64,000 nucleotides of DNA, taken from positions 128,001 to 192,000 of the forward strand of contig CAWAOD010000010.1 in NCBI GenBank assembly GCA_963783575.1, in the 5' to 3' direction. Numbering within the stretch: position 1 is the stretch's first letter; each line of letters begins with the position of its first letter. Below are positions 8,334 through 17,873 of the stretch, piece after piece. This DNA is from an uncultured Spirochaetota bacterium. Lineage in GTDB: Bacteria; Spirochaetota; Brevinematia; Brevinematales; JAOACQ01. A program made the translations under genes and the position numbers. The notes under the pieces are model-generated. The model was not told the origin of the DNA, made no database searches, and saw only the letters and a program-made list of their open reading frames with translations.

Positions 8334-10700
8334 TCAACTTTTACCTTTGAAGTACTGATTGATAATTTGTGACGTATCAATAATATATCCTATATCACCG
8401 TTACCAATGATGGTAGCTGCCGATATTCCAGGGCTTTTGATCAGTTTGGTATTAAGAGATTTAATCACAATGTCCTGCTCGCCGATCACCTCATTTACCA
8501 GAATACCGATAAAGCTATCTCCGTATTTGGCGATAATACAATATTCTTTTACATCTTCGCCGGCTTTGACCACTTCATTATAGAAATACTTCTTGAGCGA
8601 CATTACGGGAATATATTTCCCACGCAGCTCTATATTCAGCCGGCTATTAATCTCTTTTAACTCCTTCAGGTTTATAATTACAGTTTCCTCAACAGATGCC
8701 ACCGGTATAACATAGTGCATATTATTAACAACGATAAGCAGACCCTGAATTATCGCCAGTGTAAGCGGAAGCCTGATAACGATTCTTGTACCTTTTCCCT
8801 TTACAGTTGAAACTCCTACGTTGCCGCCGATTTCTTCAATTTTTTTCTTAACTACATCCATACCGACGCCTCGTCCGGAAAGATCGGACACTTTTTTTGC
8901 CGTTGATAAACCTGGTAAAAAAATCAGGCTTAATAATTCCTTTTGAGATAACTTATCGGCGTTATCCCTTGATATAAAACCGCTTTTTATGGCTTCTTTT
9001 TTGATTGTTTCTACATCAATGCCCTTACCATCATCTGAAACTTCAATGGCTATACTGTCTCCTTCATGTACCGCTTTTAGTACGATTTTCCCGATTTCCT
9101 GCTTACCAAGCCTTTTCCTGTCCTGCGGAAGTTCTATTCCATGATCAACGGCATTCCTGAGCAGATGAATCAGCGGATCGAAGATGTCATCAACCATACC
9201 TTTATCAATCTCAGTTTCTACACCCTCAATAACAAGTTCGATCTTCTTACCCAGTTTGTCGGCCATATCGCGGATTAACCTCGGAAATCGAGAAAACACC
9301 ATCTGGATCGGCACCATCCTCATATTCATTACGTTTTCCTGGAGGGAAGATGAAATCCTGTTCAGACGCTGTATACTTTCGGAAAAAATATCGAATGATG
9401 AGAAAAGATCATTGAAAGTATTGAAAAGAATCGAATTCTTCCTTGCAACCGTATCATTATCGCCTGTAAGGTTTAACTTTACAATCCCGCTAATAAAATC
9501 TTTGAGGTTAGTTTTAATATCTCCGGTAATCCTGTCGAACTCAGCGTTAATCTGCATAAAATTCGCTTTTGTTATAACCATTTCACCGAGCAGGTTTATC
9601 AATTCATCGATTTTCCAGCTTTCGACCCTTAATGTGGCTATATTTCTTTTTTGTATATTCTCATTCTCAATTGTATTTTTATCAATACCGCCATTTTTTA
9701 ATACCTGAGCCTGGATAGGTTCATTATTAGCCGTTTCAATTTCGTCTATTTTTTCACCGATTACAATTTTTCCCGATGAAATTTCGGCATTATTTTGTGA
9801 AACAGGCGCTTCTGTTCTTGATATTAAACCCTTCTGCCGGACAAGATTTTCACTAATAATATTCTCAAATTCTTTAAGTTTTTCCGGTATGATTTTTGTT
9901 ATTATCACATCTTCTACCATATCTTTCAAGTATGTCTTATCCCGGATAAACTGTTCATCCTTTTCCGTGTTAATGATAAATGTAAGATTATTGTAAAATT
10001 TTGTCTCAAGTTCCTGAATCGAAGGATAGATTTTAATAATTTCAGAAAAATCATTAAGAAGAGCGTATATCTGGAATCCGGAAACATCTTTCATTTCATA
10101 ACTATCATCAAGATTATAACATAATAAGTAAACATTCTTACCCTGTTCAATAAACTCATTCAATAAAGAAAGGTCATAATTTGTTAATTGAATCTGCAAA
10201 ATAATCTGTTGTATATTATCCAGGCTGTAGCTTATTTTTTTATTCAGCTTAAGATCTGAATGAATTTTATTAATATCTGCCGATACCGGTTCTTCCTTAT
10301 TAACAGTGACTACTGAATTTTTAATTTCAAGCAAATTCTTTTTTATTTCCTCACTTTCTCCTTCAGCGTAAACCTCGTCTTTTTCCCTGCTGGTAAGCAT
10401 ATGTTCAAGTTCATCCCTGCATTTTAATAAGAGTGAGATATTCTCCGTTTTTAGTGCCACCTTCTTTTTTCGAACCATATCAAGAACATCTTCCATAATA
10501 TGTGTCAACGACTGAATTTCATCGAAGCCGACCGTACCGGCCCCCCCCTTGATAGTATGAGCTACCCTGAAAACTTCATTTATAGCTTTATCATCATTCG
10601 GATTTTTTTCCAATTCAAGAAGGCATTTTTCAAGGTTGTCCAGAAGGTCAAAAGCTTCATCCAGGAAATCTTTTTTCAATTCCTGAGAAAAATCAGTCAT
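8334..10700 (-). CDS. cheA: Chemotaxis histidine kinase CheA
   Basis: Hpt FRVAHTIKG, HLLRNAVDHG, DLSGRGVGMDVV, C-terminal CheW-like domain. Confidence 0.97.
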   Translation of the reverse strand: MTDFSQELKKDFLDEAFDLLDNLEKCLLELEKNPNDDKAINEVFRVAHTIKGGAGTVGFDEIQSLTHIMEDVLDMVRKKKVALKTENISLLLKCRDELEHMLTSREKDEVYAEGESEEIKKNLLEIKNSVVTVNKEEPVSADINKIHSDLKLNKKISYSLDNIQQIILQIQLTNYDLSLLNEFIEQGKNVYLLCYNLDDSYEMKDVSGFQIYALLNDFSEIIKIYPSIQELETKFYNNLTFIINTEKDEQFIRDKTYLKDMVEDVIITKIIPEKLKEFENIISENLVRQKGLISRTEAPVSQNNAEISSGKIVIGEKIDEIETANNEPIQAQVLKNGGIDKNTIENENIQKRNIATLRVESWKIDELINLLGEMVITKANFMQINAEFDRITGDIKTNLKDFISGIVKLNLTGDNDTVARKNSILFNTFNDLFSSFDIFSESIQRLNRISSSLQENVMNMRMVPIQMVFSRFPRLIRDMADKLGKKIELVIEGVETEIDKGMVDDIFDPLIHLLRNAVDHGIELPQDRKRLGKQEIGKIVLKAVHEGDSIAIEVSDDGKGIDVETIKKEAIKSGFISRDNADKLSQKELLSLIFLPGLSTAKKVSDLSGRGVGMDVVKKKIEEIGGNVGVSTVKGKGTRIVIRLPLTLAIIQGLLIVVNNMHYVIPVASVEETVIINLKELKEINSRLNIELRGKYIPVMSLKKYFYNEVVKAGEDVKEYCIIAKYGDSFIGILVNEVIGEQDIVIKSLNTKLIKSPGISAATIIGNGDIGYIIDTSQIINQYFKGKS

Positions 10701-10823
10701 TCCAGTCCCCTAAAATTAAATTTTATAAAAAAGTTAAATTGCTCACTCATGACAGATATTTACATTATATTTTAAAAGACATTTTATATCAATAAACTAT
10801 AAATTAATATCCGGCGGCTAAAA

Positions 10824-11951
10824 TTAATTCCTTTGTGATATCTTATTGATAGCTGTGCCAATATCCTTAATGTCAATTACAATATCAATACCACCGTTTT
10901 TAACCGAATTTCCAGGCATCCCCCATACAACGGAACTCTCTTTATCCTGTGCTATCACTATCGCGCCGGATCTCCTTAATATAACAGATTCAATTGATCC
11001 ATCCCTTCCCATCCCGCTTAAAATTACAGCAACAACATTTCTCCCCACAGCTTCATGAATGGATCTGAAAAAGATATCCACGGAAGGCCGGAAAAAAAAA
11101 CCTTCATAATTATTGTTATCTGACTTATAAATAAGTTCTCCATCCAGTTTGATTATTTTAGAATGGCTTCCACCGGGACAAATATAAACAACACCTTTTT
11201 TTAATACATTACCTTCGGCTAATTCATATACTTCTCTTTTATATATCGAGCTTAAATTTTTTGCAAATTCATTTGTAAAACCGGCTGGCATATGTTGTGC
11301 AACAACAACTGGCACTTTAATGTTATCCAGATGGTCAAATATTTTCCTTACCGCTACAGGACCTCCTGTTGAGGAGCCGATAGCAATCAACTCCGGTCTA
11401 ATCGGCTTTTTTGCAAGCACTTTATCCAGATTTTCAATTCCATAAAAAACAGCTTCCTTCGGTTGAACAGGCTGTTCTTCTTTTTTTATATAGATTTCCT
11501 TTTCAGGAATAACGATTTGTTTTTCTATCCTCGTTTCATAAAGAGCCTTAATTTTAATGTCAAATTCCTTTTTCAAAAAATCTATGTTTTCATAAACCTG
11601 GCCTTCGGGTTTCTTTATAAAATCCTCAGCCCCGTAAGATAAAGCTTCGAAAGTTTCAGCTGAACCTTCTTCAACAAGGGAACTAAACATTATTACAAAA
11701 GGCCTGTTTTCAGCAGGGACATTATCCCAGAGATATTTCAGAAGTTCCAATCCGTTCATTTCAGGCATTTCAATATCTAAAATTACTATATCAGGTTTTA
11801 ACATAAAAATTTTTTGAAGACCGATTTTACCATTAGGCGCCGTTGCCAAAACTTCAATATTATCAAGTTCGCCAAGAATTTGAGACAGATATTTTCTTAC
11901 AAGTACAGAATCATCTATTATAAGGACCTTAACTTTTTCATTGCCTGACAT
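10824..11951 (-). CDS. cheB: Chemotaxis methylesterase CheB
   Basis: REC domain plus GSSTGG, QHMP and SGMGRDG catalytic triad motifs. Confidence 0.96.
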   Translation of the reverse strand: MSGNEKVKVLIIDDSVLVRKYLSQILGELDNIEVLATAPNGKIGLQKIFMLKPDIVILDIEMPEMNGLELLKYLWDNVPAENRPFVIMFSSLVEEGSAETFEALSYGAEDFIKKPEGQVYENIDFLKKEFDIKIKALYETRIEKQIVIPEKEIYIKKEEQPVQPKEAVFYGIENLDKVLAKKPIRPELIAIGSSTGGPVAVRKIFDHLDNIKVPVVVAQHMPAGFTNEFAKNLSSIYKREVYELAEGNVLKKGVVYICPGGSHSKIIKLDGELIYKSDNNNYEGFFFRPSVDIFFRSIHEAVGRNVVAVILSGMGRDGSIESVILRRSGAIVIAQDKESSVVWGMPGNSVKNGGIDIVIDIKDIGTAINKISQRN

Positions 11952-12762
11952 AAATAATACCTTTACTTAGATTCACAGGCTTAAATCCGCTGAATAATCC
12001 TATAAGACTCTCAGAATGCCCGATAAAGAGGTAAGTATTCGGCTTCATCGATTCGTATATATTCAATACAACTTTCTTTTGAATATCTTCATCGAAGTAT
12101 ATCAGCACATTCCTGCAGAATGTAATATCAATTTCTCTAATGCCATTATCATAAATCAGATTATGGTAATCGAATTTCACCTTTTTTTTGATTTCTTCAT
12201 TAATAATATAAGTATCATCAACACTGACAAAATACTTATCCAGATAACTTTTTTCTATTTTTTGAACGCTCTTTTCCGGGAATTTTCCTTCTTTCGCTAT
12301 AAAAAGACTTTCCAGGCTTATATCCGAACCTATGATATTAAAACTCCAGCCGTCCTCATAGAGCTTATTTTCTTCAAAAAAATCATTTGTAACCATTGCT
12401 ATTGTATAAGGTTCTTCTCCGGTTGAACAGGCAGCGCTCCAGATCCTGATTATTTTTTGAGAAGCATTCTTTTTAATAACATCAGGCAGAATATCTTCTT
12501 TGAGAATTTCAAATTGACGCAGGTTTCTAAAAAAACTGGTGAAATTTGTCGTTACAAAATCAATAAAAGAAGTCAATTCCTGTTTATCTTTCTTTAAAAG
12601 GCTTATATATTCATTTGCAGATACCGATTTTTCTTTAAGTTTGCTGGAAAGTCTGCTTATAAGTACCGACAGGTTTGAATCTTTAAAAACTATCCCACTT
12701 ACGTTATATACCATATCAGCGATGAGTTTTAAATCAGGACTATCAGGTAATATTTGTTCCAT
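11938..12762 (-). CDS. cheR: Chemotaxis methyltransferase CheR
   Basis: TTNFTSFFR, WSAACSTGEEPY, FCRNVLIYF, IGHSES. Start set at MEQILP after GAGGA. Confidence 0.95.
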   Translation of the reverse strand: MEQILPDSPDLKLIADMVYNVSGIVFKDSNLSVLISRLSSKLKEKSVSANEYISLLKKDKQELTSFIDFVTTNFTSFFRNLRQFEILKEDILPDVIKKNASQKIIRIWSAACSTGEEPYTIAMVTNDFFEENKLYEDGWSFNIIGSDISLESLFIAKEGKFPEKSVQKIEKSYLDKYFVSVDDTYIINEEIKKKVKFDYHNLIYDNGIREIDITFCRNVLIYFDEDIQKKVVLNIYESMKPNTYLFIGHSESLIGLFSGFKPVNLSKGIIYVRQ

Positions 12763-12824
12763 AAAGTATCCTCTATTTTTACAAGCAGATATATTAATCA
12801 ATTAAAATCAACAGCTTGCTATAT

Positions 12825-13712
12825 TTAGCTAAGAATAATATTCTTATAACTTTCCAGTTTATCAGGAAGCTCATATTCAAGCAAGTCACCGAGAAGGACT
12901 ACATCGCCATTTTCAAAAGCTTCAACTATCCGGGAAAGAAGGGCATTAATCTCATTATACAAGCCGTCAATCTCATCCCTTTCACTGCTGGAGAAGCCGG
13001 AAAGATTCTTCCTTAAATAAATACAGCACATTTCCAGAACACTTATTACCGTATTAATTTTTGACAAAGCCTCTTTATCCCTGCCCATTTGAAAAGCCTC
13101 AGAAATTTCCGGCAGCAATTCTACGCATCCGTTGATCGATTCAGTAACCTGATCTTTACTTACGGAAAAATTTGTGCTTATTTTTAATTGTATTGCATCA
13201 AGATAAGTAACAAGATTCTCAATAATTGAAGTAAGAGTTTCTATCTTGCTTAATTCTTTCTGGTCACCGTTTAAATAATCAATAATCTGATTGATAGTGC
13301 TTATTAACAATTTAGCTTCCACCATTTTGAATTGGGAAATCTGGTTAATAGAATCTATGGTTTCTATGACCCATTGAAAAAGGTCATTAAATTCTTTACT
13401 ATGTGAAAAACCATTTTTTTTCATATCTCCGGAAATATTAAAAAGCATGTTCTTGCATTCATCCAACAAACTTATGACCAATTCCTCTTTTTTTGCTATT
13501 TCTATATTAATGAATTTAATATTATCAATGCTTATGGATTTTAATCCTTCATCATCGAGAGAATAAAAATGACCATCAATCTCTATTGAAGATATAATAG
13601 AATCTTTTCCGTTCAATTCATGAATTATTGAATCTATTATATCATAAGCCGTTTTTTCATTTTCAAGAGTAACATCAAGAGTTTGCCCGTTAATTTTAAT
13701 ATCCATCTTCAT
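12825..13712 (-). CDS. Hypothetical protein at the head of the che operon
   Basis: 295-aa helical acidic protein ending AFENGDVVLLGDLLEYEL; GGGAGAG RBS; co-oriented with cheR. Confidence 0.8.
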   Translation of the reverse strand: MKMDIKINGQTLDVTLENEKTAYDIIDSIIHELNGKDSIISSIEIDGHFYSLDDEGLKSISIDNIKFINIEIAKKEELVISLLDECKNMLFNISGDMKKNGFSHSKEFNDLFQWVIETIDSINQISQFKMVEAKLLISTINQIIDYLNGDQKELSKIETLTSIIENLVTYLDAIQLKISTNFSVSKDQVTESINGCVELLPEISEAFQMGRDKEALSKINTVISVLEMCCIYLRKNLSGFSSSERDEIDGLYNEINALLSRIVEAFENGDVVLLGDLLEYELPDKLESYKNIILS

Positions 13713-14139
13713 CTCTCCCGGAGTTAATTGGCAATTACGGCATATTTTAATTATAAAATAAATCTTTAATTTTACTTATCATATGTTTCGGAATTTTATA
13801 AAGCTAACTATAAAAACCGCTCTTTATATTGATACTTATTACTAAAAACGGTATATATTCACGGTTTCATCAAAGACAAATATAATTGAAACATAACAAA
13901 TCAATATTGGATGGCCATTTTTAACTTTTATTTTCTTTTTTAAATTAACCTGATATGGCACAATAATCATTTAAAGTGCTATACGGCACATTTCATATAA
14001 TCCCATTTTAAGGTAATTAATACCTATTATTGTAATTATAACATTTACCAAAATAAATTGAAAGTATTCTGTTTTGCTTTTTTCTGAAAATAAAATTAAA
14101 ATTGTAATTACCATTAATTGTATTAAAAAGGAGAGAATT

Positions 14140-14559
14140 ATGAAATCATATCGCCTTGAATTATGGTTCAATGTCCCCAACAGGGTGGAATTTTTAAATA
14201 TTACTTCCGAAGTGGAGAAGGCGGTCAAAGAAAGCGGCATTAGAGAAGGATTATGCCTTGTTAATAGTATGCATATCACTTCAAGCGTTTTCATAAACGA
14301 TGATGAAAGAGGCCTGCATCAGGATTACGCTGATTGGCTGGAAACCCTTGCTCCGCATGAACCTATATCTCATTACAGGCATAACCGAACCGGAGAAAGC
14401 AATGGTGACGCTCACCTCAAACGGCAGGTAATGGGAAGGGAAGTTGTTGTTGCCGTTACAAACGGTATGCTTGATTTCGGCCCATGGGAGCAGATTTTTT
14501 ACGGTGAGTTCGACGGGATGAGAAAAAAACGTGTCCTTATAAAAATTATAGGGGAATAA
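14140..14559 (+). CDS. yjbQ: YjbQ/UPF0047 family protein (secondary thiamine-phosphate synthase)
   Basis: [34 protein letters not shown]; start after AGGAG. Confidence 0.9.
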   Translation: MKSYRLELWFNVPNRVEFLNITSEVEKAVKESGIREGLCLVNSMHITSSVFINDDERGLHQDYADWLETLAPHEPISHYRHNRTGESNGDAHLKRQVMGREVVVAVTNGMLDFGPWEQIFYGEFDGMRKKRVLIKIIGE

Positions 14560-14590
14560 AAGAACAAGGGGCTTAAGCCCCTTGTTCTTT
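14559..14590. terminator. Perfect 32-bp palindrome; intrinsic terminator or REP-like element
   Basis: AAAGAACAAGGGGCTT|AAGCCCCTTGTTCTTT immediately after the yjbQ stop. Confidence 0.75.
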
Positions 14591-14762
14591 ACTTATATAT
14601 CTATATCAAAGCATCAATTCTAATCGGCTTAATTTTTATATAATTTCATAATTCCATTTTTTAGTCGCCACTATTAAAACTTTTTTAATATTTTATTTGT
14701 TTACACATATAATTCATTAAAAAGTAAAGAATTAGGAAACAATAAATTATATGCATCATATT

Positions 14763-14811
14763 TTGCAATTCATAATAAAAGGTGATATAATAATCTAATA
14801 CCATTTAGTAA
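14763..14811 (+). promoter_or_regulatory. sigma70 promoter of fapR-fabH with a candidate FapR operator
   Basis: TTGCAA-17-TATAAT with extended TG. CTAATA-CCATT-TAGTAA (14795-14811) matches the FapR box TTANTA-N5-TANTAA with one mismatch. Confidence 0.65.
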
Positions 14812-14825
14812 TATCAGTAGGTGAT

Positions 14826-15446
14826 ATGATGGAAGAAAAAATGAATGCCCGTGACGAAAGACTGGTTAATATGAAGTCTATAATTGAAAATAATCCTTTT
14901 ATCCCTGACGATGAGCTGGCATGCCTTTTAAAAGTAAGCATTCATACAATTCGCGCCGATCGCAGGAAGACCGGTATTCCTGAAGTCAGAAAAAGGGGCG
15001 AGTTTTCTGACAGCCTTTTTGCTCAGGCCAAAGCATTGTCCAATCAGGAAATAATCGGAGACCTTCTTGAGATAGACCTTGATAAAGAGGGGCTTTCCCT
15101 TCTCGATACAAACGAACAGATGGGGCTGTACAAATCTAAAATTATAAGGGGCCATATTCTTTTCGCACAGGCAAACTCTTTGGCAAATGCTATTGTGGAT
15201 GCCGAAATCGCGCTTACTGGAGAAGCCGAAATAAAATTTATGGCGCCGGTTTTCGTCGGAGAGAGAGTTCTGGCTAAGGCCCGCATAATCAGTGAAAAGC
15301 ACAGGAGAAAGGAGGTGCATGTCATTATGAAGACAAAGAAAAAACTGGTTTTTGAGGGCACTTTTACCATTTATTGTCTCACTCCGGAACTGGCTGCCCA
15401 TCTAAATAAATTTTCCGACGAGGAAGTAACAGGAGAAAAAAAATGA
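14826..15446 (+). CDS. fapR: Fatty-acid biosynthesis transcription factor FapR
   Basis: HTH NPFIPDDELA..VSIHTIRADR..GIPE plus thioesterase-like domain IRGHILFAQANSLA. Confidence 0.92.
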   Translation: MMEEKMNARDERLVNMKSIIENNPFIPDDELACLLKVSIHTIRADRRKTGIPEVRKRGEFSDSLFAQAKALSNQEIIGDLLEIDLDKEGLSLLDTNEQMGLYKSKIIRGHILFAQANSLANAIVDAEIALTGEAEIKFMAPVFVGERVLAKARIISEKHRRKEVHVIMKTKKKLVFEGTFTIYCLTPELAAHLNKFSDEEVTGEKK

Positions 15447-16378
15447 AAAAAATAGGATTATCGGCAATCGGGACATATGTGCCCGAAAAGGTACTGACTA
15501 ACGCCGATCTTGAAAAAATGGTCGATACCACAGATGAATGGATAGTTACAAGAACAGGTATCAAGGAAAGAAGAATAGCCTCAAAAGAAATGTCTTCATC
15601 GGATATGGCTGAGAATGCAGCAAGAGACTGTATGTCAAAAAAAAAGATAAAACCCGACCTGCTGATATCATCTACCAGTACACCGGAAAAAAATTGTCCA
15701 TACCAGGCAAGCATAGTCGCTAAAAGATTAAATCTTTCCGGACTGGCTGCTTTTGATCTTAATGCTGCATGTTCGGGCCTGGTATACAGTATCACTACTG
15801 CTTTCAGTCTGCTTAAGACAAATGGGTTTAAGAACGCACTGATTACAGCTAGTGAAAAAATGTCATCATTAACGGATTACACCGATAGAGCCACATGTAT
15901 TTTATTCGGCGACGGGGCTTCGGCTGTTATGGTATCTTCGGAAGACTGCGAACATGAGATACTGGCTACGGAGCTTGGTATAGACCCAACCGGAAGCGAT
16001 ATGGTAACAATGGGAGGCAAGGGAGATGAATATTATTTCCGGCAGGACGGCCAGAAAGTTTTCAAGTTTGCAGTCACTAAAGTCAGTGAAATAATAGAAA
16101 AATTAAAAAAAAAGATAGGCCTGAAAAATAATGACGAATTTTATATTATACCCCACCAGGCAAATAAGAGAATTTATGAGACCGTCTCTAAGAAAAATAA
16201 AATACCGATGGATCACATCATATTAAATATCGAAAAATACGGTAATACTTCATCGGCTTCAATAGGACTTGCCCTTGAAGAAGCTTGGCGGACTGAAAGG
16301 TTTAAAAAAGGCGATTATCTTATGCTGATTGGATTCGGCGGAGGTTTGAGCTGGGCTGGAGCCGCAATCAGATGGTAA
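15443..16378 (+). CDS. fabH: Beta-ketoacyl-ACP synthase III
   Basis: TRTGIKERR, AACSG, FGDGA, PHQAN, GNTSSAS (Cys-His-Asn triad). Confidence 0.96.
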   Translation: MKKIGLSAIGTYVPEKVLTNADLEKMVDTTDEWIVTRTGIKERRIASKEMSSSDMAENAARDCMSKKKIKPDLLISSTSTPEKNCPYQASIVAKRLNLSGLAAFDLNAACSGLVYSITTAFSLLKTNGFKNALITASEKMSSLTDYTDRATCILFGDGASAVMVSSEDCEHEILATELGIDPTGSDMVTMGGKGDEYYFRQDGQKVFKFAVTKVSEIIEKLKKKIGLKNNDEFYIIPHQANKRIYETVSKKNKIPMDHIILNIEKYGNTSSASIGLALEEAWRTERFKKGDYLMLIGFGGGLSWAGAAIRW

Positions 16379-16425
16379 TCTGCCAGATGGTAACCTACCG
16401 CTGAATGGAATTTAAATAATTTTTT

Positions 16426-16454
16426 TTGCATAAAATTATTTTAAGATTTATAAT
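16426..16454 (+). promoter_or_regulatory. Candidate sigma70 promoter of the vor genes
   Basis: TTGCAT-17-TATAAT upstream of the ferredoxin gene. Confidence 0.5.
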
Positions 16455-16521
16455 TTCTACTTTGAAAGATTACATGTCCAGGTAATAGAATATGTGGAAA
16501 ATAATCAAGGAGAACTAAGTT

Positions 16522-16761
16522 ATGGAACAGGAGATCAAACCGTATCCGGTTATTCATAAAATAGAATGCAAGGCCTGCGGACGCTGTATTGCGGAATGTC
16601 CAAAAAATGTATTAACAATGAGCAATGAATTAAACGAACGCGGGTACAATTTCGCAGAATATTCAGGCGAAGGCTGTAATGGCTGTGCAAACTGCTACTA
16701 TACCTGCCCGGAGCCAAATGCCATAGAAGTGCATATTCCATTGAAGGTAAAAATCGGATAA
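16522..16761 (+). CDS. 2x[4Fe-4S] ferredoxin (delta subunit of 2-oxoacid oxidoreductase)
   Basis: [12 protein letters not shown] and [12 protein letters not shown]. Confidence 0.92.
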   Translation: MEQEIKPYPVIHKIECKACGRCIAECPKNVLTMSNELNERGYNFAEYSGEGCNGCANCYYTCPEPNAIEVHIPLKVKIG

Positions 16762-16808
16762 TGATACTTTTACTAACATGTCAACAAAGGTTTGGAGGTG
16801 ATATTTAA

Positions 16809-17873
16809 ATGGCAAAACAACTCATAAAAGGAAATTCAGCGGTGATAATCGGGGCGCTTTATGCCGGATGCGATTGTTATTTCGGTTATCCTATAACCCC
16901 GGCAAGTGAAATCCTCCATGAAGCTTCATATTATTTCCCGAAGCTTGGAAGGAAATTTGTCCAGGCTGAATCCGAGGAAGCAGCGATCAATATGGTTTAC
17001 GGTGCCTCTGCGGCAGGTCATAGGGTCCTCGGCGCTTCTTCAGGCCCGGGAATCAGCCTTAAGCAGGAGGGAATATCGTATATTGCAGGAACCGAGCTTC
17101 CCTGCGTGCTTGTGGACGTAATGCGTGCCGGACCAGGACTCGGGAATATAGGCCCTGAACAGGGCGATTATAATCAAATAGTCAAGGGCGGCGGTCATGG
17201 AAACTATAAAAATATAGTGCTCGCACCGAATTCTGTTCAGGAAATGTGTGATTTTACAATAAAGGCTTTCGATCTCGCTTTTAAATACAGAAACCCCGTA
17301 GTAGTTTTAACGGACGGCGCTCTTGGGCAAATGGTCGAGCCTCTTGAATTCCCAGAAACTGCCATATCTCCGGTTACAGATACTTCATGGGCAGTGAATG
17401 GCACAAAAGATACCAGCCTTAATCTACTCACTTCAATATTTTTAGACTTTGATCTTCTTGAGAAATTTAATTATAAAATTCAGGAAAAATATAAAAAAGT
17501 TGAGGAAAAAGAACAATCCTCGGAAGAATATTTAACGGATGATGCCGATATCATTCTGGTATCATACGGCATTAGCAGCCGCATCTGCCGTTCTGCAGTT
17601 GAGGAATCCAGGAAAATTGGTATAAAAGCAGGTCTGTTCCGTCCTAAAACTCTTTTCCCATTTCCAAAAGATGCCATCAGAAAGATAGCGGAAAGGGATG
17701 TAAGATTTTTATCGGTGGAAATGAGCAACGGGCAGTTGATGGATGACATACGCCTGCAGATCGAATGTAAAAGGCCTGTCGAACTTGTCAACCGTATGGG
17801 TGGAAATATCATAACACTTGACGCAGTAATGAATAAGATCAAAGATGCGGTGGCAATCGGAGGAAATAAATGA
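16809..17873 (+). CDS. vorB: 2-oxoacid:ferredoxin oxidoreductase alpha subunit (VorB type)
   Basis: [43 protein letters not shown]. Confidence 0.85.
   Translation: MAKQLIKGNSAVIIGALYAGCDCYFGYPITPASEILHEASYYFPKLGRKFVQAESEEAAINMVYGASAAGHRVLGASSGPGISLKQEGISYIAGTELPCVLVDVMRAGPGLGNIGPEQGDYNQIVKGGGHGNYKNIVLAPNSVQEMCDFTIKAFDLAFKYRNPVVVLTDGALGQMVEPLEFPETAISPVTDTSWAVNGTKDTSLNLLTSIFLDFDLLEKFNYKIQEKYKKVEEKEQSSEEYLTDDADIILVSYGISSRICRSAVEESRKIGIKAGLFRPKTLFPFPKDAIRKIAERDVRFLSVEMSNGQLMDDIRLQIECKRPVELVNRMGGNIITLDAVMNKIKDAVAIGGNK

Noticed and set aside
13971..14294. 107-aa minus-strand ORF and upstream extensions of yjbQ, groES, leuB and the second ECF gene
   Set aside because: AT-rich spurious extensions; homology and RBS point to the downstream starts.
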